64,000 nt of DNA, taken from positions 80,910,001 through 80,974,000 of the forward strand of contig NC_043004.1 of assembly GCF_006345805.1 (NCBI RefSeq), in the 5' to 3' direction. The notes beneath the pieces are model-generated. The model did no database searches. It was not told where the DNA came from and was given only the letters and a program-made list of their open reading frames with translations. Made by a program: the position numbers and the translations under genes. Origin of the DNA: Octopus sinensis (taxonomy: Eukaryota). Shown in pieces: positions 47,531 through 60,762 of this stretch (position 1 is the first letter of the stretch; the number at the start of each line of letters is the position of its first letter).

Positions 47531-48124
47531 TGCTGATGTCTGCCAAGACAGATAATTCATGAGTTACACGGAGAACAGCGAGAATCCAAACAATAAATTA
47601 TCTGAGCATTCTTAATACGTCATGGCAGATTTAAACGGAAATAAGCTGATTACTGTTGTGTTTCATCATCGGAGAACATATTCCTTTAGACGGTGTGCCT
47701 TCATAAGTCCACGGAGTCTGGTTGTGAAAGTCCACGGAGTTTGGTTTGTGAAAGGGAGAGAGATCTTGGTGCCCTCTGGGTGGTTCTTCTGCCTGAACGC
47801 TTACAGCAAAGAGGATTTCACTATAAGCATCCAACGCCAAGGTCAGGGGTTAAAATTCGTTCGGTTTTGCGTGTCTGATTGAAACGTAAACTAGATCTGG
47901 CGTCTCGGGTAGGGACAATTGTTCCTAAGCCCCACATTTACAATGTCTATGCATAAAAGAAATACATACATGTCATAACAAATTTACTATAAATGAGGAA
48001 AGAAAAAGATTCGTAAAGTTTGCGTGCTGAGATGCCTGGGGAAAAAAAAAACTCTTCCTCGTGGTACGAGCAAAGGTTTTACAAGATTCATTCGTAAATA
48101 TGACTACATGAAAACTCAAACACA

Positions 48125-48490
48125 TGCACACGTATACACATACATATATGTAGAGTCATACTGGGATTCTGCCGAGTTATGACGACGAGGGTTACAGCCG
48201 ATCAACGAGACAGCCTGCTCCTGAAATTAACGTGATGTGACTACTACTCCCTAGACATGCCTGCCCTTAGGCCTACCCGTAGTTTTCAAAGAGATTCAGT
48301 GTGACACCTCGAATGTGCCAAGGCTGGTCCTTTTGAATTACAGGCACTACACATTTTTGTCAACTGAGTGACCTGGCGCAACGTGATATAAAGCGTCTGG
48401 CTCAAGGACAAAACGCTCCCCCAGGAATCGAATCTATAACCTTATGATCGCGAGCCGAATAACCTAACCACTAAGCTACGCGCTTCACAC
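48125..48490 (-). mobile_element. Decayed family-C-related SINE
   Basis: GCCGAGTTATGACGACGAGGG tail...CCAGGAATCGAATC...CTAACCACTAAGCTACGCGC head. Confidence 0.75.
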
Positions 48491-48699
48491 GTACACACAT
48501 ACATACACACATACATACACACATACATGCATACACACATACATACATACATACATACATACATACATACATACATACATACACGCAAATGCACACATAC
48601 ATACGCACACACATAAATACACACACATATCTATCCACACACATACAGAGAGAGACATAGGATTTTGAGATTCAAACTCTAGACGATATTGATTTGGCG

Positions 48700-48860
48700 T
48701 GCCATACCTCCAAGGGCCGGCGATCTGACGAGTTGTGGCAGATAAGTACCGGAAACGGCGTAATCGATATTACACGTCGTCTCTTAAAAAGCGGCGCTGT
48801 AGCCAATCAAAATCAATTCGATTGATCATCAATTAGTATTTCCACGTGATTTTGTTTGAT
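48700..48860. promoter_or_regulatory. CpG-rich unique segment with a cluster of TF motifs (candidate cis-regulatory element)
   Basis: ETS-like ACCGGAAA 48748, CCAAT box AGCCAATCA 48801, ATTGAT/ATCAAT repeats, E-box CACGTG 48843. Motif evidence only. Confidence 0.3.
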
Positions 48861-49279
48861 GAGCAGATCCTAAGTGAAAGGACAACACCTGTAACACGTT
48901 GGAAGAATAAAGTAATTACGATAGGGAGGGTGGGTGTGAGTCAAGGTAGTTAATGTTCGGTTGGAAGTACTAGAGGTGAGCAGCTGGAATGAATTAGGCA
49001 GACAGAACGCGATTCCAAAAGAGATTCCTTTGGATTCCAACTTCTATCTTTGTGTCTAATTAAAAAAAAAAACTATATATATATGTACAAAAAAAATACA
49101 AATTTTATTACTCGTGGAATTTAAAATAGTCAATTTTATTGATTAATTTCACTAAATAACCTTCGAAATTGAAAGAATTAAGAACATCACGAAGAAAAAA
49201 AAATCAAATGATCCTGCTAAAATTCCTTGCAATCAAAATTAATATTGATTTCTTAGGCATATTGTCCTTTTGTTATTTT

Positions 49280-49840
<561 letters not shown>

Positions 49841-50272
49841 TCTTCAGCAAAGGATTTAATCGACTGAACTTTTGCGATTCAAGGCAAAAAATCAACACTA
49901 ATAAACGCGGGCTCTCAAATCGGGAAACATGAGTTGATACAGAGAGAAATGGTGGTGGGGAAGGGAAAATAAACTGCCCCAGGTTATCAAAATAGTGTTA
50001 AACAGTCTATGTCAATTCTGCTGAGAATAAATATTGATCTTTTATCAATATTTATTTTGATATTTAACTTGATTCCTTGAGATCGAAACATCTTTCACAC
50101 CGGAATAAGAGAAGCAAAATGAGGGGGAAAATGGAGGTAGATGAAAGATTAAAGAAATATCCTGTTCGCACCAGGGAGGAAAAGTAGTGTGTGCCTTACG
50201 CGATTATAGATCTACCACTGAGTGGCAACAGGGCCAATTTCATAGCCGAAGAGTAGGGTGTTGTTGTTGTTG

Positions 50273-50316
<44 letters not shown>

Positions 50317-50335
50317 GTTATTATTATTATTATTT

Positions 50336-50372
<37 letters not shown>

Positions 50373-50479
50373 CATCATCATCATCATCATCATCACCATC
50401 CTCCTCCTCCTCTTCCTCCTCCTCCTCCTCCTCATCATCATCATCATCATCATCATTATTACTAGTATTATCAAATGGA

Positions 50480-50601
50480 AATTGTAGTCCGGTGACATGT
50501 AAAAAGCACCAACCGATCGTAGACGTTGCCAACCACTTCTGGCTTCGCATACCCCGGTCGAACCGTCCAACCCATGCTAGCATGGAAAACAGACATTAAA
50601 C

Positions 50602-50649
<48 letters not shown>

Positions 50650-50650
50650 A
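50480..50650 (+). mobile_element. 3' tail of an RTE-type LINE or RTE-tailed SINE
   Basis: GACATGTAAAAAGCACC...GAACCGTCCAACCCATGCTAGCATGGAAAACAGACATTAAA followed by (GAT)n. Confidence 0.7.
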
Positions 50651-50659
50651 GAGGGTTAT

Positions 50660-51000
50660 TAAGACAACGAGCTGGCAGAATCGGTAACACATCGGGCGAA
50701 ATGCTTAGAGGCAATTCATCCGTCCCTCTGTTTTGAGTTCAAATTCCGCCGACGTCGACTTTGCCTTTCATCATTTCAGGGTTGATAAAATAAGTACCAG
50801 TTGAGCACTGGGGTCGATGTAATCGACCAACACCCTCCCCCGAAATTTTTGGCCTTGTGCCAACATTTGAAACCATTATTACGGGGAGTTATTAAGGCGG
50901 AGAGCTGGCAAAATCGTTAGATCGTGGGTGAAAATGTTGCATGAGGATATCAATTCGGGTTCTTTACATTCGCGTTCAAATCTCGGCGAGATGTAATTTC
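50660..51000 (+). mobile_element. SINE family B copy plus decayed second head
   Basis: CGAGCTGGCAGAATCGG...GAGTTCAAATTCCGCCGACGTCGAC...; GGCGGAGAGCTGGCAAAATCG at 50896. Confidence 0.85.
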
Positions 51001-51115
51001 CGTTTTGTCTAAATGGATTCAAGAAAATATTATATCAATAAGGTACTGGGTTCGGCGTAACCGACTAAACCACTCCCTCTCAAAAACACGCGCACCCATA
51101 CATGCATACACACAG

Positions 51116-51191
<76 letters not shown>

Positions 51192-51199
51192 TATATATA

Positions 51200-51248
51200 T
51201 GCCTTTAACATAAGTACCATATTCATCTGAATCTAAATTTTGCTGAAC

Positions 51249-51293
<45 letters not shown>

Positions 51294-51339
51294 CAGCCAA
51301 ATTTAGATTCAGATGAATATGGTACTTATGTTAAAGGCA
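51200..51339. repeat. Palindrome with 48-bp arms around a (TA)n centre
   Basis: TGCCTTTAACATAAGTACCATATTCATCTGAATCTAAATTTTGCTGAAC-(TA)n-GTTCAGCCAAATTTAGATTCAGATGAATATGGTACTTATGTTAAAGGCA, one mismatch. Confidence 0.92.
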
Positions 51340-51474
51340 CCAGAATTTTGTATGGTATTATCCATATAAATCAAATGGGTGATTATAATCAAAATAAGCT
51401 ACACGTATATACAAGGTAGAGTAGCATGAAACAATTGTACTACTCTACCTTGGATATACTTGTTGCTTATTTTG

Positions 51475-51598
<124 letters not shown>

Positions 51599-51777
51599 TA
51601 TTGCTGAGGTCGTAAGAATTAGAAACTTCGTGAAAGCATGAAATAATTATGGTTTTGGAAGGGTAAAACTCGAGAGAGATAAAGCTATAAATAGCACTGT
51701 AGAAAAATATTAAGTCAAAACATCCTCTGGACAGAAAAATCGAAGGTTGATTCCTATTTGTTTCTCTCCTTTCTCTC

Positions 51778-51805
51778 CTGAAGAAGGGCACTCTCCGAAA
51801 TGTTG
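51778..51805 (+). ncRNA. Decayed minimal hammerhead-like motif
   Basis: CTGAAGA-A-GGG-CACTC-TCC-GAAA-TGTT; GAAACGT appears CpG-decayed to GAAATGT. Confidence 0.3.
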
Positions 51806-51878
51806 GCATTTCACAGAAAATTCATTATACCCTTTTTATCGATTTTATACATAAATATTTGCATATATACATTATATT

Positions 51879-51924
<46 letters not shown>

Positions 51925-52027
51925 GTATATATATATATGTATGTATATATTTGTATGCATGCATATATGTATATATATAAGTATATATATGTGTATATAT
52001 GGATATATATATGTATATATACAAAAA

Positions 52028-52065
<38 letters not shown>

Positions 52066-52067
52066 CT

Positions 52068-52138
<71 letters not shown>

Positions 52139-52439
52139 TCGAAGTGTACAGTATTATATATCCATTCCACCCTATCTTACCGATCAGATTCGCATTAGGG
52201 GTCCAAAGAAATGCTATGTAACAGTCTGATAATGTAACTCTGCGCTCTTCAGAGATGACAGTTATGAAATGAAACATGACCACTGCCCTCTTTTGTTAAA
52301 AGTGAACACACACACCGCACTTACACACGGTGTATATATATATAATGGCGGAGATCAAGCATGGCCGCAGTCAAATGACTGAAACAAGTAAAGAATAAAG
52401 AATATCTCGCTAGCCACTAAGTTTTTTTTTTTATTCTCT

Positions 52440-52590
52440 CTCTTTTTATTTCCTCGTGTTGAAGAGCATAGGCTCGAAACGTAAAAGACTTTCTCACCTT
52501 CCCGAGCGTTAATCTAATATACCTGTTTGTTGTTTATACACCTGTCTTCGTCTTTTGTTTTTTGTTGTCATTTTGGCAAATTCCAACTAT
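52440..52590 (+). mobile_element. Copy of the CUGUUGA-hammerhead element (motif 52450-52490)
   Basis: GTGTTGA-A-GAGC-ATAG-GCTC-GAAAC-GTA-AAAGACTTT; downstream sequence is homologous to the reverse complements of 12395-12500 and 31640-31735. Confidence 0.75.
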
Positions 52591-52679
52591 ATATAAATAT
52601 ATAATTGCAACTGAATGTTTAACTTGCGACATGAATTTTACAACACTGCGAACTCTAGATAAATTCGCACCTATTGACC

Positions 52680-53095
52680 AAGATGGCGAGTTGCGAGGCA
52701 AACATTCAGTCTCAATGACCTGTATATCATACAATGTATTGGTCACTTCTCTCTCATCCCGAAAGTATGAAAGGCAAAGTTGACTTTTGCAGAATTCGAA
52801 CTCAGAACGTAAAGAGCCAGGAAAATGGGGCTAAACATTTTCTTCGACTCGCTAACGAGCTTGCGAGTCTGCCGCTTACAAATGGAAGTAATTCTTTTTA
52901 CTATATGCACAAGTCCTGAAATTTCGGTGAAAGGGTCTAGGCAACCCCAGTACTCGACTGGAATTTATTTTATCGACTCCGAAAAGATGAAAGGCAGAGC
53001 CGACTTTGGTGGAGTCTAAACTCAGAACGTAAACGGACGGAAGAAATGACGCTAACGATTCTGCCAGCGGGAAGCTGGCAATAAAAATAATAACA
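52680..53095 (-). mobile_element. Two decayed SINE family B copies
   Basis: ATGAAAGGCAAAGTTGACTTTTGCAGAATTCGAACTCAGAACG and GATGAAAGGCAGAGCCGACTTTGG...CTCAGAACG. Confidence 0.8.
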
Positions 53096-54044
53096 GCCAT
53101 TTGTGTATATGTAAAGAGAACCAGAGAGAGAAAGAGTAGTGAGGAGCATAGAGATACAGTATCCTGAAGTAATAGATGTATTACACACACACACACACGA
53201 CTTGATTTAGATGAAAGCTACCAACTACCGAATGTTGAACTTGTTCAGCCTCGTTTTCAATTCCATATGACCTGAGTTATTCTTAACCCGCCTCATTTAG
53301 GTTTAGTTTGTTCCCCAACGAAAAAAAAAAAAGGACAAAATTGGAGGAAGTTTGATGGCGAAAAAATGCTGGGAGGAGATATATAAGAGAGATAACTGTT
53401 TAATAATAAGGTAGATGGCATATAGCCAAGCTACTAATGCCGGCTCCCCGACGGAAAGAAAATAAATATGGCTTTACATCACAGACATTTTTTCTTCTTC
53501 TTGTACTTCCCTTCTATATATTTAATCAAGCACCTCTATTCCTGTCAGCTTCCAGTGAAGCAGAACATTTGTTAGAAATCCGCTTAATCAAAGACAGAAG
53601 GAATACGAAGACATATCTATACAGCTGTAATATGGATGTAGAATTTCACGAGCCAGTGAGAAAGATTTTACTTGCTAAAAATAGCAGCCAAATATTCCTC
53701 AAGTCACATCTTTCTGTGTTACTAAAAGAAGAGACGACATGTAAGGTACTTTGGATAAATGTAATTCCAAATATATTATACCTGAGAAAATATATTGACG
53801 GGATGGCCAAGGGTGGATTTCTTTTCCTTGTACGCATGCTTAGTTTAGATGAGCTGGGGTTAAACAGTAACAGCAACAATGAAACCAGATGGTCATTAGT
53901 CGCGGTATGTACGTATATATATATATATACACACATATATATATACATATATATAAATACATATGTATGTATATATATATATATATATATACGCATATAT
54001 ATGTATATGTATGTATGTATGTCTGTCTGTCTGTCTGTATGTAT

Positions 54045-54076
<32 letters not shown>

Positions 54077-54874
54077 GTATGGCTGTATATATATATATAT
54101 ATATATATGGCGAGCTTCCTTTAGTTTCCGTCTAACAATTCTACTCACAAGGCTTTGGTCTGCCCGAGGCTATAGAAGGAAGCACTTGTCGAAGGTACCA
54201 CGAAAAGTGTATTTCTCGCTACGCAATGTACGAAAGAGATCGACCGTAGGGTCGCGGATGGAACGACTTTGAACATAAATCTACTCAGTCAAGACTGACT
54301 TGAGGCTAAACAACAGCAAACAAACAACACCAGCAACAAAACCGGGTAGTGCAACGAATATAAGGGTGATACCCGTAAAAAATGATTGGAATGTTTAGTG
54401 AGACGGAGAGAAATGAAAGAATCTGGCTGCCACCCAATGTGTTTAGGAGTTGTTTTGTTACTGGAATAGATTATCCCAAGATAACAGGATAAACACACTT
54501 TCATTATAATCCAATTGCAGATCAAAGCCTACCTCAGAAACCTCATTCTTCGTTTACCAATACACACACATACAGAGACATACACTCACACACATTCACA
54601 CACACATATACAGATACGCGTATGATGTATATTACACGCATACACACACACACACACACACATATATATTTAGATATATATGTGTGTGTGTGTATGTTTG
54701 AATGGATATATATATGCATATGTATATATGTATGTGTGCGCGTATGTATGTGTATATGTATATACATACTTGTATATATATATATATATGTATGTATGTA
54801 TGTGTGTAGGCATGTATAATCTACATGCATATTTATAATATGTATATGTATATATTCGTATATATGTGTGTATA

Positions 54875-54916
<42 letters not shown>

Positions 54917-55051
54917 CACTTATATATAATATACACATGTGTGTGTGTATTATGTATATACCTACATATATACATACGTACATATGTATATATATGCATA
55001 CATACACATATATATATATATGTATGTATATATATGGATGTATATATATAG

Positions 55052-55091
<40 letters not shown>

Positions 55092-55225
55092 CACACACAC
55101 ACACATATATATATATAAAACACATTCATAAATGAGGGTGAAAAATTTGATATTAATTTAATAATACCATCAATTTAACACCATGTGGCTTAGCACATAA
55201 AAACCAAGGGAAAAATACAAATTTA

Positions 55226-55679
55226 TACGTAAATATTAGAGAGTGACCACTATGTGGTCACTCTAGTGCTAAAAATAGCTAGTGCTAAAAATAGATTTAA
55301 TTATACTGCAGTAAATATTTGATGCAGTACTCGTTTCCAGTAAGTCTTATCGCTCTTTTGGCGGGGAAATTTGAATCATAACTACGAATACAATCGATTA
55401 AACCGTACGTGTATTTGACGCTCGCTGCGACTTAATAAAGTGCATTTAAGACAAACCTCTGCTGAAGATTTATGGATGTTATGTAAGTAAAATTGCATAT
55501 TACATTAATAATGAAACAATTGTTCAGGGTTAATCTATTTTTTCGATGTGTTTCACTTACCTTACGTTAAATGTAGTGGTATTTCTTCTTGGAAACAACT
55601 TTTAGTGGCTATACCATTAGCGGAGCTATTTTTAGCACTAGAGTGAACCACATAGTGGTCACTCTCTAATATTTATGTA
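55226..55679. mobile_element. MITE, about 455 bp, with about 50-bp TIRs that contain an internal palindrome
   Basis: TACGTAAATATTAGAGAGTGACCACTATGTGGTCACTCTAGTGCTAAAAATAGCT ... AGCTATTTTTAGCACTAGAGTGAACCACATAGTGGTCACTCTCTAATATTTATGTA. Confidence 0.88.
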
Positions 55680-56649
55680 TATATAAAACACATATATATA
55701 TATACTATATATGCACACAAACACACATACACATACACATATATATTATATTCTTATTATGTCTGAGGGAATTTTTTCCCTTAAAGTTAAGATTTAAATG
55801 TGTATAGTTTCTTTAAAATATAGTAAAATCTATGGAGGAAGATTTCCTTTCTCAATTCCACGGACCCAATCATTTACTACTGAACATAAAAAACGTTCTG
55901 ATTTGGTTAATCGTTAAACCAACTTTGATTTCTATCCATCGAAGGTTGACCAAATAAACTACCTATAAATAAACTATACCGATCCGAATTTGACCGACAA
56001 ATCACTTTCGCCAACAAAACACGGTCAGCTTCTTTCTCAGGCAAAGACAGATGACAAAAGTTTCATTTGTATACTTGTATGATTAAAGATTAAATGTTAA
56101 GTAAATTTCTAAGTATTTATTTATTTATTTATCCACTAAAATACGAGGATAAATAGTTCAATTGTTTTTACATGACCTTTCGTAATCAGGTGTATGAATT
56201 GGATCAGCTTATGATAATCCTTGTTTAATCCCTACTAAATTCGGTGGAGAATAAGAGTTCACGTATTTCACATCTTTCTTAAAGGACCTAAGTAGAATTT
56301 TGTGTCATCCCTAAGGAATTATTATTCACTATTGTTGCTATTCTGATATACGCGTTTGAATCAGCCTTAGATTAAAACCTCGGAGTGTATAACACACAAC
56401 ACTAAATTTGATAGTTTGCACAAAAGGAAAATTAAACATAACATTCCATTCAAAAATAAATGCGTTTTAAGAAATCAGGAAATGCCGACCGTTTTATGGC
56501 TGTGTACTCAAAGGAGCCGCTTTCAGCTTCAAGACGGCTCCAGAATCTAGTGCATCAGTTGTGGTTAACCGGCATATGAAACCGATCTAAGAGGAAACAC
56601 GGTAACTGCCAAGATTATATAACCCTTGAAAAACATTTTTGAATATATA

Positions 56650-57146
56650 TACGAGGGTGTCAAAAACTAATGCCATTTTGTTTAGGACAGGTATAATTAC
56701 CAACACAGGAACATGAATCATACATCAAAATGAAGCTTATGAGTTTATTGTTTTTCCTTTTGACAAGAAATGACACCTTGAGCATTCCAAAAGACAGTCG
56801 CCATGATTTTTCCAGCTGACTTTTGCATCTTGAACTTTTTCGGTGGTGGTGAAGTAGAGTGGCGCCATTCCATTCTTTGATTCCGGTTCATAATGATGAA
56901 CCCATGTTTCATCACCTGTTATGAGCCTTCGAAAGAAGTTGTTGTCTCTTTGACTTTGTAGTGAAGAACAGTGAACAGAATTTTACGAGACAGGAATACA
57001 TGCTCTCATTCGAAGGTGGAACATTGCTATTGAGAGAAACGGTGACTATGTTGTGAAGTAGGGATGTGATCCACAGAGGACTAGATGTATGATTCATGTT
57101 CCTGTATTGGTAATAATACCTGTCCTAAACAAAATGGCATTTTTAA
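56650..57146 (-). mobile_element. Internally deleted (non-autonomous) mariner element
   Basis: Inverted arms of about 58 bp (56669-56726 / 57085-57141); minus strand reads ITGDETWVHHYEPESK and SPPPKKFKMQKSAGKIMATVFW. Confidence 0.9.
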
Positions 57147-57447
57147 TAAAGCAAAGAAATTTAAATTCGCATTTTTGATGTTTTCTCATCTTTTCTGCCA
57201 TTTCAGAGTGAAATCTGTTTTACACGAAGGAAATATTTACTAATTTAGCGGCAATATCTCCTGGAATGATATCACGATTTTGGCTTTCTTCTTCTTTTTT
57301 TTTACGAGTTAAATTTGAATTCAGTTTAAAAATAAAAGAGTGGAGAGAAGGGCAATAACTCTCTAAATCATTTATAACAGGATCTTTCCTAATCAGTTTC
57401 GCTAAACGGAAATCAATTATACGTGTTTTCCCCCCTTTGTTTGGTTT

Positions 57448-57494
<47 letters not shown>

Positions 57495-57865
57495 GAGAGG
57501 GGGAAAGGGAAGTTGTTTGAAGTAAGGTATGCAGAAAGAGTGTTGTATTTTCATTGTATCTATTTCAGCCACTCATCTTCTCTGTCCATTATTCCTAGGG
57601 GTAGTCATGAGGGTAGGGTCTCCAAGTACATTCTCCATCGGGTACTCTCAGATGCAACTGTCTTTACACTTTGCTGCTTGGTTCCCAAACACGACCAGCT
57701 GAGACCATGGATAACATCCAACTAGTTCGTTACGGATCTACCTTTAGGTCCTCTAAGGATTGACGATTCTTTCCTGTAACATTCTACTCACATCTCCACT
57801 GTACCTGACCTGTGACCTCTCAATGCGAAGAAGTTGCAATTCGAACTGGGGACACTCCCTGATCT

Positions 57866-57940
57866 CCGAGCTGGGTACCTGCCACAGCTAGGTACCTGTC
57901 CAAGCAAGGTCCTTGTCCAAGCTAGGTACCTTGTCCAGAG
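57866..57940 (+). repeat. Short degenerate tandem repeat, about 17-18-bp unit x 4
   Basis: AGCTGGGTACCTGCCAC AGCTAGGTACCTGTCCA AGCAAGGTCCTTGTCCA AGCTAGGTACCTTGTCCA. Confidence 0.75.
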
Positions 57941-59149
57941 ATCTTTTGTAGGAACCCCATTTCGGTCATTTGTACTAGCGATTGTACTCCTTCGATCATT
58001 GCCTAAAATTTATGGTCATAGGTGAAGATAATCAGGAAAATCGAAGAGAAGGTAGCAAATTTGGTTTTTTTGCCAACCTATACTCTTCTGAAAATCGAAT
58101 GCTAAAGCTGGCACATTATTTATTCAATAATTTTCGAATTAATAATATGTTTCTTTTTTCTTAAAACTGTAACTCCAGGCTCATATCTCCAGGCTCATAT
58201 CTCGATATTACAATTAGAAGCTGTATATCTATCTATTGCAAAAATGTTTGTATTATCTAATATAATCTAACCACAGAATAGAAACCACTTTAAAAAAATG
58301 ATCCCCCGCGATTCATTGAAAGCAAAACATTCTAGTGTACATTAGGATTCATAAAGCAAATAATTAAATTTGTTATTAAGCTAAGACTCGCTATCATTTT
58401 TACCCAACTCCCACATTTGCATTCAATATACAGATAGATATTTTTTCCTCTCTTTTTAACGACCGCAGCTTAATAGGAAATAATGATTATCTGAAAATAA
58501 TTTTCAAAAAAGATGCCAGCACGCTGAGTTATCTCGAAAAACACACCTTCAATAGATCTCTTTTCATTATTTATTAGGAGCCATTATTTATAGTTAAGAA
58601 TATTATGAAATCCTCCGTCTTTTTACAGCTCAATACACCCCTCTCTCTTTCTCTCTCTCTATCTATCTCTTTTAATTTTCGTCTTTCTTATTATATCTTC
58701 CTCTCTGTATGTTTGTTTCATCTCTATTATTTTAGTCAATTATTTAGCAGCAGGTATTATACTCACCACCACTCCACTCTCACTACGTTTCTATCGCCAT
58801 ATACAAACGTTTCAAACAAAATATGAAAATTTATGTCGTAATTCGATAGCGTTTAAAGAATTTCCTTTTAAAATATGCAAGGCATCATTTCATTATTTAC
58901 TTGATAAACTACAAATATTTCTTTGTTGTTGTTGTTGTTGCTGTTGTTAGTGCTGCTGCGGCTGCTGCTGTTTTTGTTGTTGTTGTTGTTGTTGTTGTTG
59001 TTGCTGTTGTTATTGTTACATCTGCATTTCTTCTCATTGCGCAGATATCATTTTCTTTGCGTACATCTTATTTTAATAGTGAAAGAAAATTGACCAAATT
59101 ATAACCGAACACGAAACAAAATAATTGGTTTATTATTTGGGTATGTTCT

Positions 59150-59166
59150 TTAGTATGTATATATAT

Positions 59167-59224
<58 letters not shown>

Positions 59225-59353
59225 TACATACTTACATACATACATATATACATACATACATACATACATATATATATATTTATACATACATATATATACA
59301 TATATATATACATACATATATATATACATATATATATACATACATATATATAC

Positions 59354-59384
<31 letters not shown>

Positions 59385-59471
59385 CATATGCATGTAATGT
59401 ACATATATATATGCATAGGTAGGTAGGTAGGTAGGTAGGTAGGTAGGTAGGTAGGTAGGTAGATAGGTAGT

Positions 59472-59543
<72 letters not shown>

Positions 59544-59900
59544 GGGAGGGAGAGAGACATACATACTCACATCTATATGCAAATACATACGTACATAAAC
59601 GTAAATATATATATATACATATATATACACACACATACATACACACACACACACTCACACACACACATATATATACATATGTACATATATATATTATATA
59701 CATATATACATTTAAATATACATACATTCACACACATATATGCGCATAACCACTCCACATATTTACCCACGTAGATGTTTGTATGGATGTACACACACAC
59801 ATACACACACACACACACATACACACACACACACACACACATACACACACACATACACACACACACACATACACACACACACACACATACACACACACAT
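59150..59900. repeat. Compound (TA)n/(ATAC)n/(AGGT)n/(AGAT)n/(AC)n microsatellite block
   Basis: Direct reading. Confidence 0.95.
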
Positions 59901-60731
59901 CCATAATTTACTTATTTCAACTTCCTCAAACAGCGATGATAGTCCGTATTATCTTAAATTGTTTGTGGGATTATATGATGCTCGTGTGTGTTTGCGTGTC
60001 CGTGTGTAGCCCTGTGTGTGGCTCCTCTATGTGGGGCTGTGCCTCTGTATGCGTCTGCGTATCTGCGTGCCTGTGTCTCTGTATCGGTCCGCATATGCGG
60101 ATGAAAATACGTGGGAGAATAAATGATGACGTTTAAATTAGGCTAGATATTTCTTATTGTATAAATGATGAATTTCGTCACGGTTGGCTTGGCACGTTTC
60201 ACGTGTCTTACATCTGGTTGCTAAACACAGAAAATAAAAATATACTACAGGAAAAAAAAAGAAAAAACGCAACAACTATAGCAGAAAAAAAATACGGTCT
60301 ATTTTTTGGTTCTGGCAACATAGAATGGTGACTTGTCTCGTGAGTGTGGATGGTATATTTTAATGTGTATTACAGTTCTGTGAACTGATCTGCGAATGAC
60401 CAATTCTGTTCTGTAATATATGCAGCATACAGAGTACAAGTATTAGCGTTAGTCAGAAATCTGTTGTCTGGATAAATATTTATAATTTGTCGATTTTGGA
60501 AGTTGTTTTCGTTGATGCAACAAGGGAACTCTTTTTATTATTTTCCTTTTTTCTTCTTACAGAACCGCAAGCTTTTTCCCTCTATTTTCTTTATTTATTT
60601 TTATTAATATTTTTACTTATATATGTTTTTTTTTACTTAGATTTATACATTTATTTTATGTCACTTCGTTTTTTCTCTTTTCAGTCGTTTTTTTTTATGT
60701 ACGTATCTGTGTATATGTATGCGTGTGCCTG

Positions 60732-60762
<31 letters not shown>

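Noticed and set aside
53437-54135. 232-aa ORF with about 157 non-repetitive residues
   Set aside because: Runs through a decayed dispersed repeat (AATAGCAGCCAAAT...GACGGGATGGCCA, related to 208-295) and then microsatellite; no recognisable domain.
60140-60470. Cluster of RFX-like half-sites and an E-box in unique sequence (similarly 11660-11990)
   Set aside because: Short motifs without comparative or chromatin data cannot support a regulatory call.
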